64,000 nt of DNA. It comes from Geosiphon pyriformis uo1. Lineage: Eukaryota; Fungi; Glomeromycota. The translations under genes and the position numbers were made by a program. Below, in pieces: positions 25,068-37,168 of this stretch (position 1 is the first letter of the stretch; each line of letters begins with the position of its first letter). A model generated the notes under the pieces. It was not told the DNA's origin, ran no database searches, and worked only from the letters and a program-made list of their open reading frames with translations. The stretch lies in assembly GCA_016748015.1 (NCBI GenBank), contig JAAOMT010000597.1, positions 558,001 to 622,000 of the forward strand. Direction: 5' to 3'.

Positions 25068-27390
25068 TGTTACAGATAATTATTTAGGGCTGAAAACAAA
25101 TAAAAAACCTGTAATTTGGTGCTTAATAGTTGGTATAGTTGATATTATCTAAAGGTTTTTGTGATCTAAAGGTTTTGTATCTAAAGGTTTTGTATCTGAA
25201 GGTTTTGGTTGAATTTTTTATATAATAAATAGAAATTCATTGGTTGTGTTAATAGCTTTTTGGAATAGTAATTCTATTAATTTTTTTTTAGTGTAATAGC
25301 CAGTTTATTTTGGCAGTCATGCCTTTCTGGTAAGCTATCTGTAAATTTTTTAAACTTTATACTCTTTTTTTGTGATTTTTTACTAGGCTATTTTTGATTT
25401 CAATTATTCAGTACTTAATTTTTTTTTAATTAGTTAGTAAATTAACAAACAACAAAGAAATGAAAGAAATAAACAAAATTAAAAAAAAAAAATAAGAATT
25501 AGTATTTTATCAATAGCTGTAATCAAAAGCTATTGTTCTATTGTAGTTAAGTATTGGCAATTATTAATATGAATTGTTGATAGCAAAAAAATGGATTGCA
25601 ATAGTAATAAATATTTTTATTAATATTTGATATTCTTATTTTAAATTATAGAATACTATCATATAAAAAGAAAAATATAGAATTAGAACTGAAGGTTCTA
25701 AACTAAGAATTTTGTTTTTTTTGTTTCTAATATTATTGCTATATATACATAAATTTTATTATATGAAATTTCTTAAATTTCTCAATTTTTTAGTCAGAAA
25801 TCTTGAAATTCCTGGAATTTTGTAATTCCTCAAGAAAAATTTGGAAATTTTGAAATTCTGCAATTCCTCATATAGAAATTCTATAATTTTGAAATCCTAC
25901 AATTTCTTTAAGAGAAATTCTAGAATTTCACTTTTACTATGTCTATTCTGATTGGTTAATTTATGTATTAATATATACTTTTTATATTATATAAGTAACA
26001 TTATTTTTTTCTTTTAATATTAAGTTCTGTCAAAATCTTATATATTTCTTAACTTTCCATCTTTAATTAATTCTTGAACTTCTTTTTCGAAAATTACTTG
26101 GGTTATTTTGATTTGTAATTTTTCAAATTGGGCATTGGTTATTTTATCCAATTGGTTAATAGTAACTGTATCTATTACTGGATTAAGTAGTATTGTTGGT
26201 TGATTTTAAAATCTTACATGTAACCAATATAATTTATGCCTATGTAAACAAATTGTTCTTCCCCACAAATTGTTTCAATTGTTGTAATATTGTTGTGTTA
26301 AATAATCATTTTGTTTTGTCAGTATACAAGTTTTGAATATTCAGATTTTGTCTTAAGTAATAATAATAAAAGTTTCTTGAAAATTGTTGTATTCACCAAT
26401 TTCAAGTTTTTTTATCAATTTTTGATATAGTATAACTGTTTTTGATAGTTCTATTGGCAATTTTACTTTTGCTATTATCTTGTCTATGGTGTTTTCCAGT
26501 TTTTTATGCACTTTGTATTGGGTTTTTTTTTATTCTCTTTGTACTAAATAGTTTGTTAGTTGATTGTGATTTCTATGTTTTGTTGTTAAATTAGTTGGAA
26601 TAGTTGTTGTACAAGTGAATAGATATCATCAGTAATTTTCATTTTTTATTTGTTGCTTTTGTTGCATATACTGTGTTTTTATATATTATTCCAGTTTGAT
26701 TAATTTGATATGTTTGTATCAATAATTATAATTGGTTTTAAATCTCATGGAATTTTATCTGGTTGAACTAGTATTATTATATTTCTAGTTATAGAATATT
26801 ACTGGTAAATAATAATACTATTTTGTAATATGGTTTCAGTCAATTTCTATGTGCTGTTTTAGCTAAGATTTTGTTGTTTTATCTTAGTTTATAAGCTTTA
26901 TTTCCTAGAATTTTTTCAATGTAGAATGGTTCATCTCATTTGAAGTCAAATTTTTTACTCTATTGTTTTTTTGCTTTAATATAATGTAAGAGTACTTTAT
27001 TTTCAATCTTAAATTCAACTGGTTTGTTTAGTAGTTAGTAATTATGCTGTTTTTTTTGTTTTTTTATAACTTTTGTATATTTTTAGCTGCTTTTCATTTT
27101 TTGTTTTTTAAAGTTTCTATTAAGTTATATGTTTTTTTAGCAATGTTTTTCGAAAGTTGTCTTCTGTTATTGGTTCAGTTGGATATGTATTGACTTCTAT
27201 TTCAACTGGTAATATTGCTGTTTTATCATAAACAAGTTTAAATAGTATTGCTTGTATAGTATCTTGCTTTATTGTTCAATAAGCAAATAGTACTAATAAT
27301 ATAAACAGATCTTATTTGTCTTGGTTTTTTTGACTAATTTTGGCAATTGCTTCACATAATATTTTGTTAAATCTTTTAACTAAACTATTT
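25068..27390 (-). mobile_element. Ty3/gypsy element B fragment (3' LTR 25068-26000, PPT, ORF3, integrase C-terminus) inserted in the dUTPase of element A
   Basis: TGTTAC..GTAACA LTR. It is followed by the same PPT/ORF3/IN sequence as element A (26001-27390 is colinear with 20805-22220). Confidence 0.88.
26005..26710 (-). pseudogene. ORF3 of gypsy B
   Basis: Reads ITDDIYSLVQQLFQLI..LENTIDKIIAK..RNFYYYYLRQ..LKQFVGKNNLF..YWLHVRF*NQPTILLNPVIDTVTINQLDKITNAQFEKLQIKITQVIFEKEVQELI, with stops and frameshifts. Confidence 0.75.
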
Positions 27391-27399
27391 GTTATTTTT

Positions 27400-29232
27400 A
27401 ATTATTTTATTTATATTAATTAATAAAATTTTAATAAAAAAGATTTTCTTATTATTAAAACAACTAAACAAAATATCTTAACAACATTTTATTAAATATT
27501 AATAATAAAAAGCTGTTTTTAGTAGTTTTTAAAACATTTTTTTTTATTTTTGATTAATAGTTTTTCTTTAATCAGTTTTTTTTTAAGAAATACATTAGAA
27601 TTAGTTCTAATATTGTTTTTATTTCTTTTAAAAGTTTTAAAATTTCAATAATAGACTAATTAATAAGTTAGTTTTTTTTGTTTTTATTATTACTTTTATT
27701 CTTTACAAATATTGTTTCTAATAATATCTAAGAAACAATATCTAATTATTAAAATCTTTTAAATAAATAGTTTTTATTTTAATATTTAATATTATATTTA
27801 AGATCAAATTAGACTTAATTAATTCTTTGTTCAAGTTGTTATTTGGTTTTATTAAACTCAAATCAGTTTTGAAAAACAATATTAAATTGTTTTATATGAA
27901 CTTTGCTTTTAAGTTTTTTTTAATTACTGCTATTAAAGTTGTAATTAGTAATTTTTTTTTGATTACACTTAAGATTACAAAATATTTTGTGGTAGTTTCT
28001 GGTTTTTTTTTATTTTATTGTATTTTATAATGTTTTTTTTAATTCATTTTTAAATAATATTAAAAATGTTTTTGGTATTTTTGTTATTGTTATTTTAAAT
28101 AAATTAAAGTTTATTGGCTTATAATAAAATATTGTTGTTTATTTTAAAACTTTTTTTTTGCTGTTGTTGTTTTTAATAACTAGTTTATACAAATAAAAAA
28201 ATAATATTAGAATTTTTTTGCTTAATTAAAAAGAAATTATTATCTTAAAAGATACTTTTAAAACCAAGTTAATTAATTTTTTTTTGATTATATTGTTTTT
28301 GAAATCAATAATTTAATTTTTTAAATTAATAGTTATACTTGTTTTATTTTTTGCTTTCTTGATTTTTATTATTATTAATGCTTTATTATTATAATTTTTG
28401 ATTTATTAAAAACTTTAAATTTTACTATATTAAAAATTAATACTTTATATAAATATTGTATTTAATAATAAATTTTTAAATATTATTATTGCTACAAATA
28501 TCAAAATTTAAATTATTTATCTAAAGATTGCAAAATATTACTGTTTTTTTTCTTAGACTATTTGTTAAGTTTGTTATTAACTTTAGGTTTTTTGTGTTAT
28601 TATTTGTTAATAAAAAAATTTTATAATAAAGCTTTTGTTTTTTAACTTTTCTTTTTGCTATCTTTTTGGTTCTTTTTTGTTTTGTTTTTTTGACCGTTTT
28701 TGTTGCTAATTTTGAGTTCAAATTTAAATTAAATTTTTTTAAATTTATTATTAAATTAATTAGTTTTTTGGTTATTTTTTTTTTTATTAAGAATATATAT
28801 AAAAGTTACAAAATAAAAAAAGACTTGTTTATTATGTTAAATATTTTTAAAAACTTTGCTAATTTTATACTAAAATAAATAATAACAAAATTAATACTAT
28901 TAAAGTATTTTCTTTAAATAAAAACACTTTTAAATATTTGATTACTTTATAACAAATATATAATTCTAATATTAAGAATAATAATAAAAAGACCAAACTG
29001 TTTTTTAGTGATTTTATTTTTAATATTCAAAATTTAAATAGTTTTATTAAAAGACTTAATAAATTGAGTTTATTTTGAGTCTTTTTTAATTTAACTTAGT
29101 TAATATTTTAACTGATTTAAGTAATTTGTTATATGTAAAAAGCCCATAATATATATTTAATTTAAGTTATTTATATTATTATATTGTATTAAATAATATT
29201 TAAATATGTTTTATTAAAATATAATAAAAAAA
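27400..29232 (+). mobile_element. Ghost ORF1-only non-autonomous element (HAL1-like) ending in the LINE 3' UTR
   Basis: KLKFIGL**NIVVYF (cf. LINE IGLWQK..VEF), DTFKTKLIN (cf. SRD.FKALL), and knuckle CYK[Y>C]QNLN[Y>H]LSKDC at ~28490-28531. A stop at ~29099 is followed directly by the LINE-type 3' UTR and an A tail. No APE or RT lies between them. Confidence 0.65.
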
Positions 29233-29659
29233 TACTTAAAAAATAGTGTAAATAATTTTTTATATTAATAAAAGCAATTTACAAACCCAATTTTTATTTA
29301 AATAAATTTATTAATTTTTAATATTATATTTATTATTTAAAATAATAATTATTAAAATACTTAATATTTATTTATATTAAACATATATTATTTATTATAA
29401 TATAAAATATATTATAGAATTTTAATTAAAAATAAAATATAATCAAAAATATATAAAAACAAAAATAAATAATTAGTATTAATTAAATAAAAATATTTAT
29501 ATTAAATTTATTATAAATTAAAATATAAATAAAAAAGTAAAATTTTTAAATAATAATAATATAATAAAAAATATATAAGATAATAATTACCTAATTTAAT
29601 TAATAAAAATAAAAAATAAAAATAAATAATTACAATAAAAAAATATTTAAAAATTATTA

Positions 29660-30199
29660 ATAATAATATCATATAATAAAAATTAAACAAATTAAAAATT
29701 TTTATTTTATTTTAACAAATAAAATCTAATATTTAATATAATACAACAATTTAATATGCTAATTAAATATAATTTACATATTTTTATATGTAATCAGCTA
29801 TTTAAATCAATTAAAATTATATTATACAATTATATTAACCAAAACATTATTATTCAATCCAAAAAAAAAACATTTTTTTAAATTAAAACTTATAATATAA
29901 TTTTTTATAATTCTAAACAACTATACTACTTTATTTGATAAAATAACCATAAAATTATATGCTAAAATAGATATTGAATTATTATTTAATAACAAGTTTT
30001 TTTTATATTAACTTTAAACTTAAAATTAAATAATTAAATATGTTTTTTATAATTAATAATTAAACTATAAACTAATTTAATTAACTTTAAAATATTAGTT
30101 TTATATTAATAAAAGCAAAGCTAGTTTTTATAAACCAGTTTTTAAAATAAAATTTTTGTATAAACTATATACAAATTATTGTTTTTAATACATAGTATT
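29660..30199 (-). mobile_element. Ghost LINE 3' end into which LINE copy 2 inserted
   Basis: 29765-29830 is the AT-converted LINE 3' UTR. 30130-30165 (aaaccagtttttaaaataaaatttttgtataaact) aligns with LINE copy 3 at 39591-39628 (the LCKGFVF..W region). Confidence 0.6.
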
Positions 30200-30329
30200 T
30201 TTTTATTTTATTTATTAACGAATATAGCCCAACCAAAATCTAGAATAAGTTACAAAGAAAAGTAGCCAACTAAACATGGTTCACACATTTACTACATGTA
30301 ACTGACCACTCGAGCCAATCAAGGCAACA

Positions 30330-33300
30330 CTATGCACTTATCAAAACACTAACCCTATAAACAGCACCAGACAAAAACAAGAACCTACTCCTAAAACTGA
30401 AACCGACATCAAGAGAATTTAGCACACCAATAAGGTAGACCGTGCCAGCTGAGAGAGGCAGGGCACCCACACCAAGAGCACCGACCACAACAACATCATC
30501 ACCAATCAAACCATTCCTCTCCATGTCAGATCTGAACTAAGTCCTAAAGAGCCAGAGGTTTGTCCTATAATTCTCAGCCAAATGATGGACGAAATCTACC
30601 ACCACAATGACTGCTTTCTTCTTGCCACCAAGAGAAGCAGTAGTCTCATCCATCCAACTCTTGAGAACAAATCTCTTGCAAAAAACTGAATACAATTTAA
30701 CATTAGACACCCCCAGAGAGAGATCTTGCAGTACAAAAGACGGCGACAGTAGATTAGGACCCATCAGAGTCCTTCACAAACCACCAAAATCACCCAAAAT
30801 ATCTGATCGCACAAAAGCATCCTTAACACAAGTAAAACCATAATCAGGGAGTTCCACATTACCACAAAACAGACAAGATACACCAGGATAATCCTTATTA
30901 TACAACCTTTTTTGAACAGCAACAGGCAACCTGAAATGAACAGCTTTTATAAAGTACATACGAAGAGCAGTAGTGGCTCAACACGTACTTTCAGAGAGCA
31001 TATGAGAGTCAGGGTGCCAAACTAGAGCAGTACTATTCCAATTGACAACCAGACCAAACAAACAAGACACAATCCCTTGGCCGGAACCCACCTCCAACTG
31101 AAACTTGCAAATAGAACGAAAAATGTCACGTACAAAATGGCGGGCATTACTGGAAATTGGCTTGCCATCAGCAACCACATATCTACAATTAATCCTGGCA
31201 GAGAGAGAGATCCCAGAATGCACAGCCTGTTTAGCAAGAACATTAGCCAAAACATTACCAGCGATGCCAGCATGACCTTTGATCTTAATCCAGCGAACAG
31301 TCAGATCTTTGAATTTAATCAAATTAACCACATGGCACCTTTCTATCCAGCAACTATTGCGACAATCCGGCTGTAACAGACCCAATTCAGCCACACATGC
31401 ATCAATAGCCGCTTGATTATCCATGTGCAAAGTCACTAAAACAGAGACAGGAACGCACTCCAGAGCCAAGGCAACAGCCTGTAATTCAGCCAGGGTCAAA
31501 GACAGCACACCATGTACCTCCACTCCTAAATCTTTGTTCAAGCCAAGAAAATAAACAGCAGCACCACACACCACCTGAAACATACCCAAATTTCTAAGAG
31601 AACTGTCAGTATAAACATCAATCTCATTAGCCCACAATCCATGAATTTCCTCATAAATGTCAGCAAAAGATGTCGAATCCAAAACACTAGCACAGACAGA
31701 AGCTAAACCCGCAGGAGGGGGAGCATACAAACAATTATTCAAGTAAGCAGAGGCCTTCAAAAACCATAAAGGCATGGGACCTCTAGAACCAAGTCTTTTC
31801 CATCAGCAAAACATATGCCAACTAACAATAGAACCATTTTTGTCCAGAAGTTGGTCATCATATGCCACACCAGCAATTTTTAAGGAGCAAACCACACTGA
31901 AATACAAGGGATCACCCAATACTAATGACATTGGAAAATGGCCAGGAGAGCGAAAGGCACAGGAAAGCCTGTTATCCAAAGACAGCTTGTTGTCAAGGAA
32001 TATATGAACCACACCCACTAGAAAATTGTTTGAAGTGTTCACTCTTAGCTTAACAGAATATTGCAGAGGATTCAACAGAGCCCAGCACAAAACCTGCAAA
32101 TCCAAAATTTGATGTTCAAACAGTCAGCCAAGAATTCCAGAAGAATTCGCAAACTGCACAATGGAAGCTGTCTTGTATTCAGCCTGCAACTGTTCAAAAG
32201 ATTTCAGCCCATAAAGAGAGGGGTGGTGCAACATCTCATTGAAAAAATCTCTCGGCAAATTGGCTTTCGACTTAAGACCCCTCCTAATTAGAACGTCCCA
32301 TTTTAGACAAACAGCTTTGGAAACAAAACTAAACTGCATTCGATAACTGACTATGGGCTGCAAAACAGCTGAAACCAGATAAGAGAATTGTTTATCAGAG
32401 ACAGCCTTCTGGAGAACCATATTTGAGAAGAACTTAATATCTGAATTGGCTTTGGTAAGACTCGGCTTAGACAAACCATTGGTGAACAAAAAAATACCCA
32501 AATATCGATGACTCACACCAAGATTGGCAACAGTGATAGCCTGGCCATTGATGGATAAAACAGAAACCCCCACTCTTTTGTTGATAGAAATGGCAACCGT
32601 CTTCTTGTTGTTTATGTTAATGTTATTGATAAAGAAAAACTTGCTGGCCACATTAAGAATGTGCTGTGTAGAGGCTTGCCCATTTCCCACCCAAATAGTG
32701 TTATCGACAAAGGCACCAGCTGCAAAAAAAGAGGTCATACCCCCACTAGTCTCAATCCTTCCAGTCTTCGACACAAAGTTCAAATTGATCCGATAACCAC
32801 ACAAATGATCTTGTCTTGCAACTTCACATAACAAAGGGTCATAAAAAATTCTCCATAGAAGAGATGAGAAAACTTCACCCTAAACCATCAAGAACTTTGT
32901 ATCCATCAGAAAGGCCAAAATCTGTCATGACTCTGTTGAAGTGACTGTTGTGAATGTTGCCAAAAAACTTGATAAACTTGCTGCACATTTTGATATGGCA
33001 TAAACTAGCTTCTAAATGAGACCAACCAACAGAGTCATATGCTTTGTGCATGTCTTGAAGAACTAACCAAAGTTCGCAGCCTTTTTCCAAAGCATCCTCC
33101 ACAATTGAACCCACAGCTGAAATTGGTGACTGAGTAGAAGTGCCTTTGAGGACAGAAAAGTTGTTACCACGGAAGACATCAAACCTACTACAAGCAAGAG
33201 AGATCCTGTCTGAGAGAACTTTTGACAGAATCTTCCTGGCCGTCTTAATCAATGCAATAGGTCATGTATTCGACAAAACACCATCCCAATCATAAGGCTA

Positions 33301-35011
33301 AAGAATCATGGACACCCAGACCTCTTTCCAATGGACCGGAACATTACTAAAACGCAAACAAGAGTTCAGCAAAGACAACAAACACTCCAAAACCAAACAG
33401 CCAGTGTGTTTCCAAAGTTCATTGGTAATACCAGACAAACCAGCAGCTTTGCCATTAGGAAGATTGCTTATAACCGAAGACATCTTACACATGGTAATAT
33501 CACACATAACCAGACTGAAGGTGCTATCATTAACATGAACCAAAAGGGCATATTGTTGTGCTCAGGGATCAGACAAGGCAGGAAGAGCATTCCGCTTTCT
33601 GGTTCAATTAATTATGATGTCATTAACTTTAAGCCTCATTTCGTCAGGTTCTAAAATAAGAGAATCACCAACAACCAAATAGTCTAGAATGACTTTGTGA
33701 AAGAGCCGCTCCAAGATGCTCCAAATCATCTCATCTTTGTCCATTTCGAACTTTCCCATATGCTTATCAATTGCATCTCTGATAGCAGATTTTTTGGCCA
33801 CCTCAGATTCACAATATTTTGGACTTTCTATATTGTTTTCTAACCTTTGAAAGATGACTTATCAAGCCAGCAGAACCCACACCATCCCTGATCATACTAA
33901 AAACTTTGGAAGCTTTGGAAGGGTCAACCTTAAGCCAAATGTCAGCCAGACGATCAAAGCCCAAAGTATCATCCTATCTCAGCACTTTCAATAACTTGGC
34001 AACCAAAAGCTCCAACCTGAAAAATTTAGAAAAGAGTTTATTCTTAGCACAATCAAATTCACTATACTAATGTCTCGAAAAATTTTTTTCAGCAGAAACA
34101 GTCATGGCATCAGCTAGCATCCCCCACATTCCATCCAAGTTGCCACCATCCTCAGCCATCTTGAACCTATCCAGAGAACCCAAAAGCACACACTCAGAGA
34201 GGTCCTTAAAATGTGCCCATTTTTTTTCATCAGCATTCTTAATCTTAAACTTCTAGTGATCTTTATTAGCATGCTTGCAGATGCTGTTTAAACAAGTATC
34301 CAGAAGACCATCCAACCCAATAGACATTAACACAGCCAAGTAATCCATGTCAAAAAATTCCAAGACAGAACTAACATTACGATCCACAACCACTGAAATC
34401 AAAGAGTTACTAACTAGAATGTAATCCAAAACCTTGCTAACGCCTCTTGAATTGTTCCAAGTAGAAATCCTAGCTAAAGAGTGACCACCAAAAACATTAA
34501 CTAAACCCAAACCTAAACATTTCCTAAGACTTGCCCCCTTGACTGAATTGTCTTCATTGAAGTCCCCATCTAAAACAACAAAAGAACTCCTGTTGACAGT
34601 ATCAGCAATGAATGAATTAATAACAGAAGCCTAAGCAAAACGGTCACCACCAGACACACAGACATAAAGCCCAATGACAGACACAGAAAGCTTGTTCTTG
34701 AACAAAAGGCAAATTGAAAAAACCCTGCCCTTTACCTTCTCAACTTTGAAAACATGACGAGCCAGAGAATCATTCACAAAAATAGCCACACCAGCCCCAC
34801 GAAACCCAACATCCAGACCAGACATAAAAACCTGGACACTCTCAAACCTTTTCATGATCCATGGTTGTAAACCGGAACACAACTTGGTTTCTGTAACAAT
34901 CGAGATCAAACTACCAGATTCCTTATGCCAGTGATAAATGTCCTCCTGCTTTGCAGGATTGTTCATTCTCCTAACATTACATGTGGCAATTTTCCAAATA
35001 AAACTGGTCAT
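30330..35011 (-). pseudogene. LINE copy 2 ORF2 (APE-RT-RNase H-CCHC)
   Basis: MTSFIWKIATCNV..KQEDI, TETKL, LDYILVS, QDMHKAYDSV, AFVDNTIW, VYTDSS, LAELQAV, WIKIKGHAGIAGN, CLFCG.. Confidence 0.92.
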
Positions 35012-36257
35012 TGTGATGAAGAGATAACTAAAGAACCCGAGCCAGCACATAACTGATCCAACTTAGCCAAAATCAAACCAATGGAGATGTCGAGGACAAC
35101 CAGCTTTGATTCCAGACCACCAACTTTGGAAGTTAGGACTTTGGAACTACTCAGACCCAATAGCGAACTGGTAACACCTGGAGAGAAAGAAGTAGGCTGG
35201 ATAAAAGGATCATCAACTGCCATGTCAAAATCCAAGTCAGAGTTTGCAACCACAAGAGGAACAGAGGTTGGGGACTGAGGAACTACCACAGAAGGAGCCA
35301 ATTGAGAGGAAGGCACCAAGGGTGCCAAACTAATATTGTCAAGACAAGAAAGAATGTTCGAAATTTGTTCAGACAAAAGCTTTACAGAGCGTTCCAGAAG
35401 CACTAAGTGAGCACTCAAAGGAGAATTGACCACAGATAGAGGGGGAAGTACTCCACCCAAACTCAAATCACTGGAAAGTGGGGAACTAGAACCAGAACCA
35501 GCACGAAAACTATGAGAGACTGAAGCAACTGAGACTACTTGAGCCCAAGATTTGCCACCAAAGGCAACAGGACGAGAGATTGGCACATTTTTTTTTGCAT
35601 ACAATTTGGCCAGCTAGAGATAAGTATCAGAGTTGGTAGGCCTTATAAAAAACTTTGAAGATTTGAAAGCTGATGCAACCTCAGCATCACATTCCAAGGC
35701 AGAATGACCAAACTTCCCACACTATTCATAGCGAACCAAATCCAGCCTAGCCCATGAGAGTTTCACACCACCAAGGATCGGTTCTGTGTGAAAAGTTGAC
35801 TCCAAAACCTCATCAGAATCAAAACACACAACAGCACAGTGGACCCTATTACCAGTCTCCAATGACCAATTTATGACACAAGTTTTTCCACCAGCCCCTT
35901 CAAGAAGATCCCCAAGATTATGAGCAGTAGTTCCCACTGGCAAAGTAAACAAAAGTGCCCTGAACTGGTCCCTAGATGCCCAAGTTTCACAGTTGCCTAC
36001 CACCATAGTCACACGAACCGAGTTTTTACCAATCAGGAAAGACCACCTAACAGCCAAAGACACAGCCTGTTCCAATTCGGCGAATTCCACCATAGTCTTT
36101 TGCCATAAACCAATTAACTGGATTTTGATCGACTTAATTTCTCCAAACTCGGATACTGTGGCAACAATTATTTCCTTTGGCATGTCCATGGGAATTTCCT
36201 TGATGACTACGGCCCGATCTGAACAAACTCCTTGTCTTTTGAGATCGCTATTTATGA

Positions 36258-37168
36258 TGTTACAGGTGATTATTTGGGGTCTCAAATTAAATAACAAACC
36301 CATAACTTGGTGCTCAATTGATATAATGTTATTGGTAATATCTAAAGATATTGTTATCTGAAGGTTTTGGTTGAGTCCTTTGTATAATGAACAGAGATTC
36401 AATAAGGTTGATAGTGGTTGTATTCTCAAGTTGTTTTCCCAATTTCTTTTTCAGCTTGGTGGCTGGATTTATTCTGGCAGTCGTGCCCTTCTGGTAAGCT
36501 ATCCGATAATATATAATTCTACCCTTATTTCTGGGTTTTTTACCAGGCTATCCGTGACGTCAATAACTCAGCACTTAATCCTTTTAATCAATTTAATGAA
36601 CAACAAAAGAAAATAAAATAAAATAAAGAAAATAAAAGAAAATAAAGAAATAAGAAAATAAAATAAGAAATAAGTGTCCTGTCAATAGCTGTGATCAAGA
36701 GCTATTGTGCCAGCAGGTTAAGTAGTGGATAATAACATAGATTTGAAGATAATGGATAATTTCATTAATATGAGAGCAATTTCACTTCAAGTTATAATAT
36801 TTTATCTTTTGAAGGAAGAGTATTTAATAATTATGATTTTGCGAGTTTAATTAATTCTATGAGTCTAATTGACTCTGCAAATCAATTGATTCTAAGTCCC
36901 CTTGACTAATTTTCTAACTTCTGATACTACTGCTATATATACGTATTTGAGATTCCTCAATTCCTCAATTTTTCATGTCAGGAATCCTAGAATTCCTGGA
37001 ATTCTGCAATTCCTTTGAGAGAAATCCTGGAATTCTGGAATCCTGTGATTCCTTGTGTGAAAATCCTGCAATTCCTCTGAGAGAAATCCTGGAATTTCAC
37101 ATTTACTACGTCTACCTATGATTGGCTAATTTATATGCTAATATACTTTCTATATTTTATGAGTAACA
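36258..37168 (-). mobile_element. Solo LTR (family 1), 911 bp, 4-bp TSD ATGA
   Basis: Perfect TGTTAC...GTAACA termini. ATGA at 36254-36257 and 37169-37172. Excision restores the LINE ORF1 frame. Confidence 0.95.
36925..37130 (-). promoter_or_regulatory. Putative LTR U3 promoter: CCAAT box, array of short AATTCCTG-type repeats, TATA box
   Basis: On the minus strand: AGCCAATCA (~37119-37127), repeated AATTCCTG/AATCCTG units (~36950-37097), then TATATATAGCAG (~36929-36940). The same order occurs in the LTRs at 19896, 25068 and 50552. Confidence 0.55.

Noticed and set aside
19896-26000. LTRs at 19896 and 25068 as the two ends of one complete element
   Set aside because: Both are adjacent to a PPT and ORF3, so both are 3' LTRs. 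The second interrupts the dUTPase, and no gag or PBS is present.
36670-36730. Self-cleaving ribozyme (hammerhead, twister or HDV-like) in the LTR
   Set aside because: I could not find the conserved catalytic core sequences on either strand. Only a hairpin is supported.
36950-37100. CRISPR-like or heat-shock/STAT element array
   Set aside because: These are irregular ~9-bp tandem units inside an LTR U3 with no unique spacers. Matches to TTCnnGAA are too short to assign a factor.
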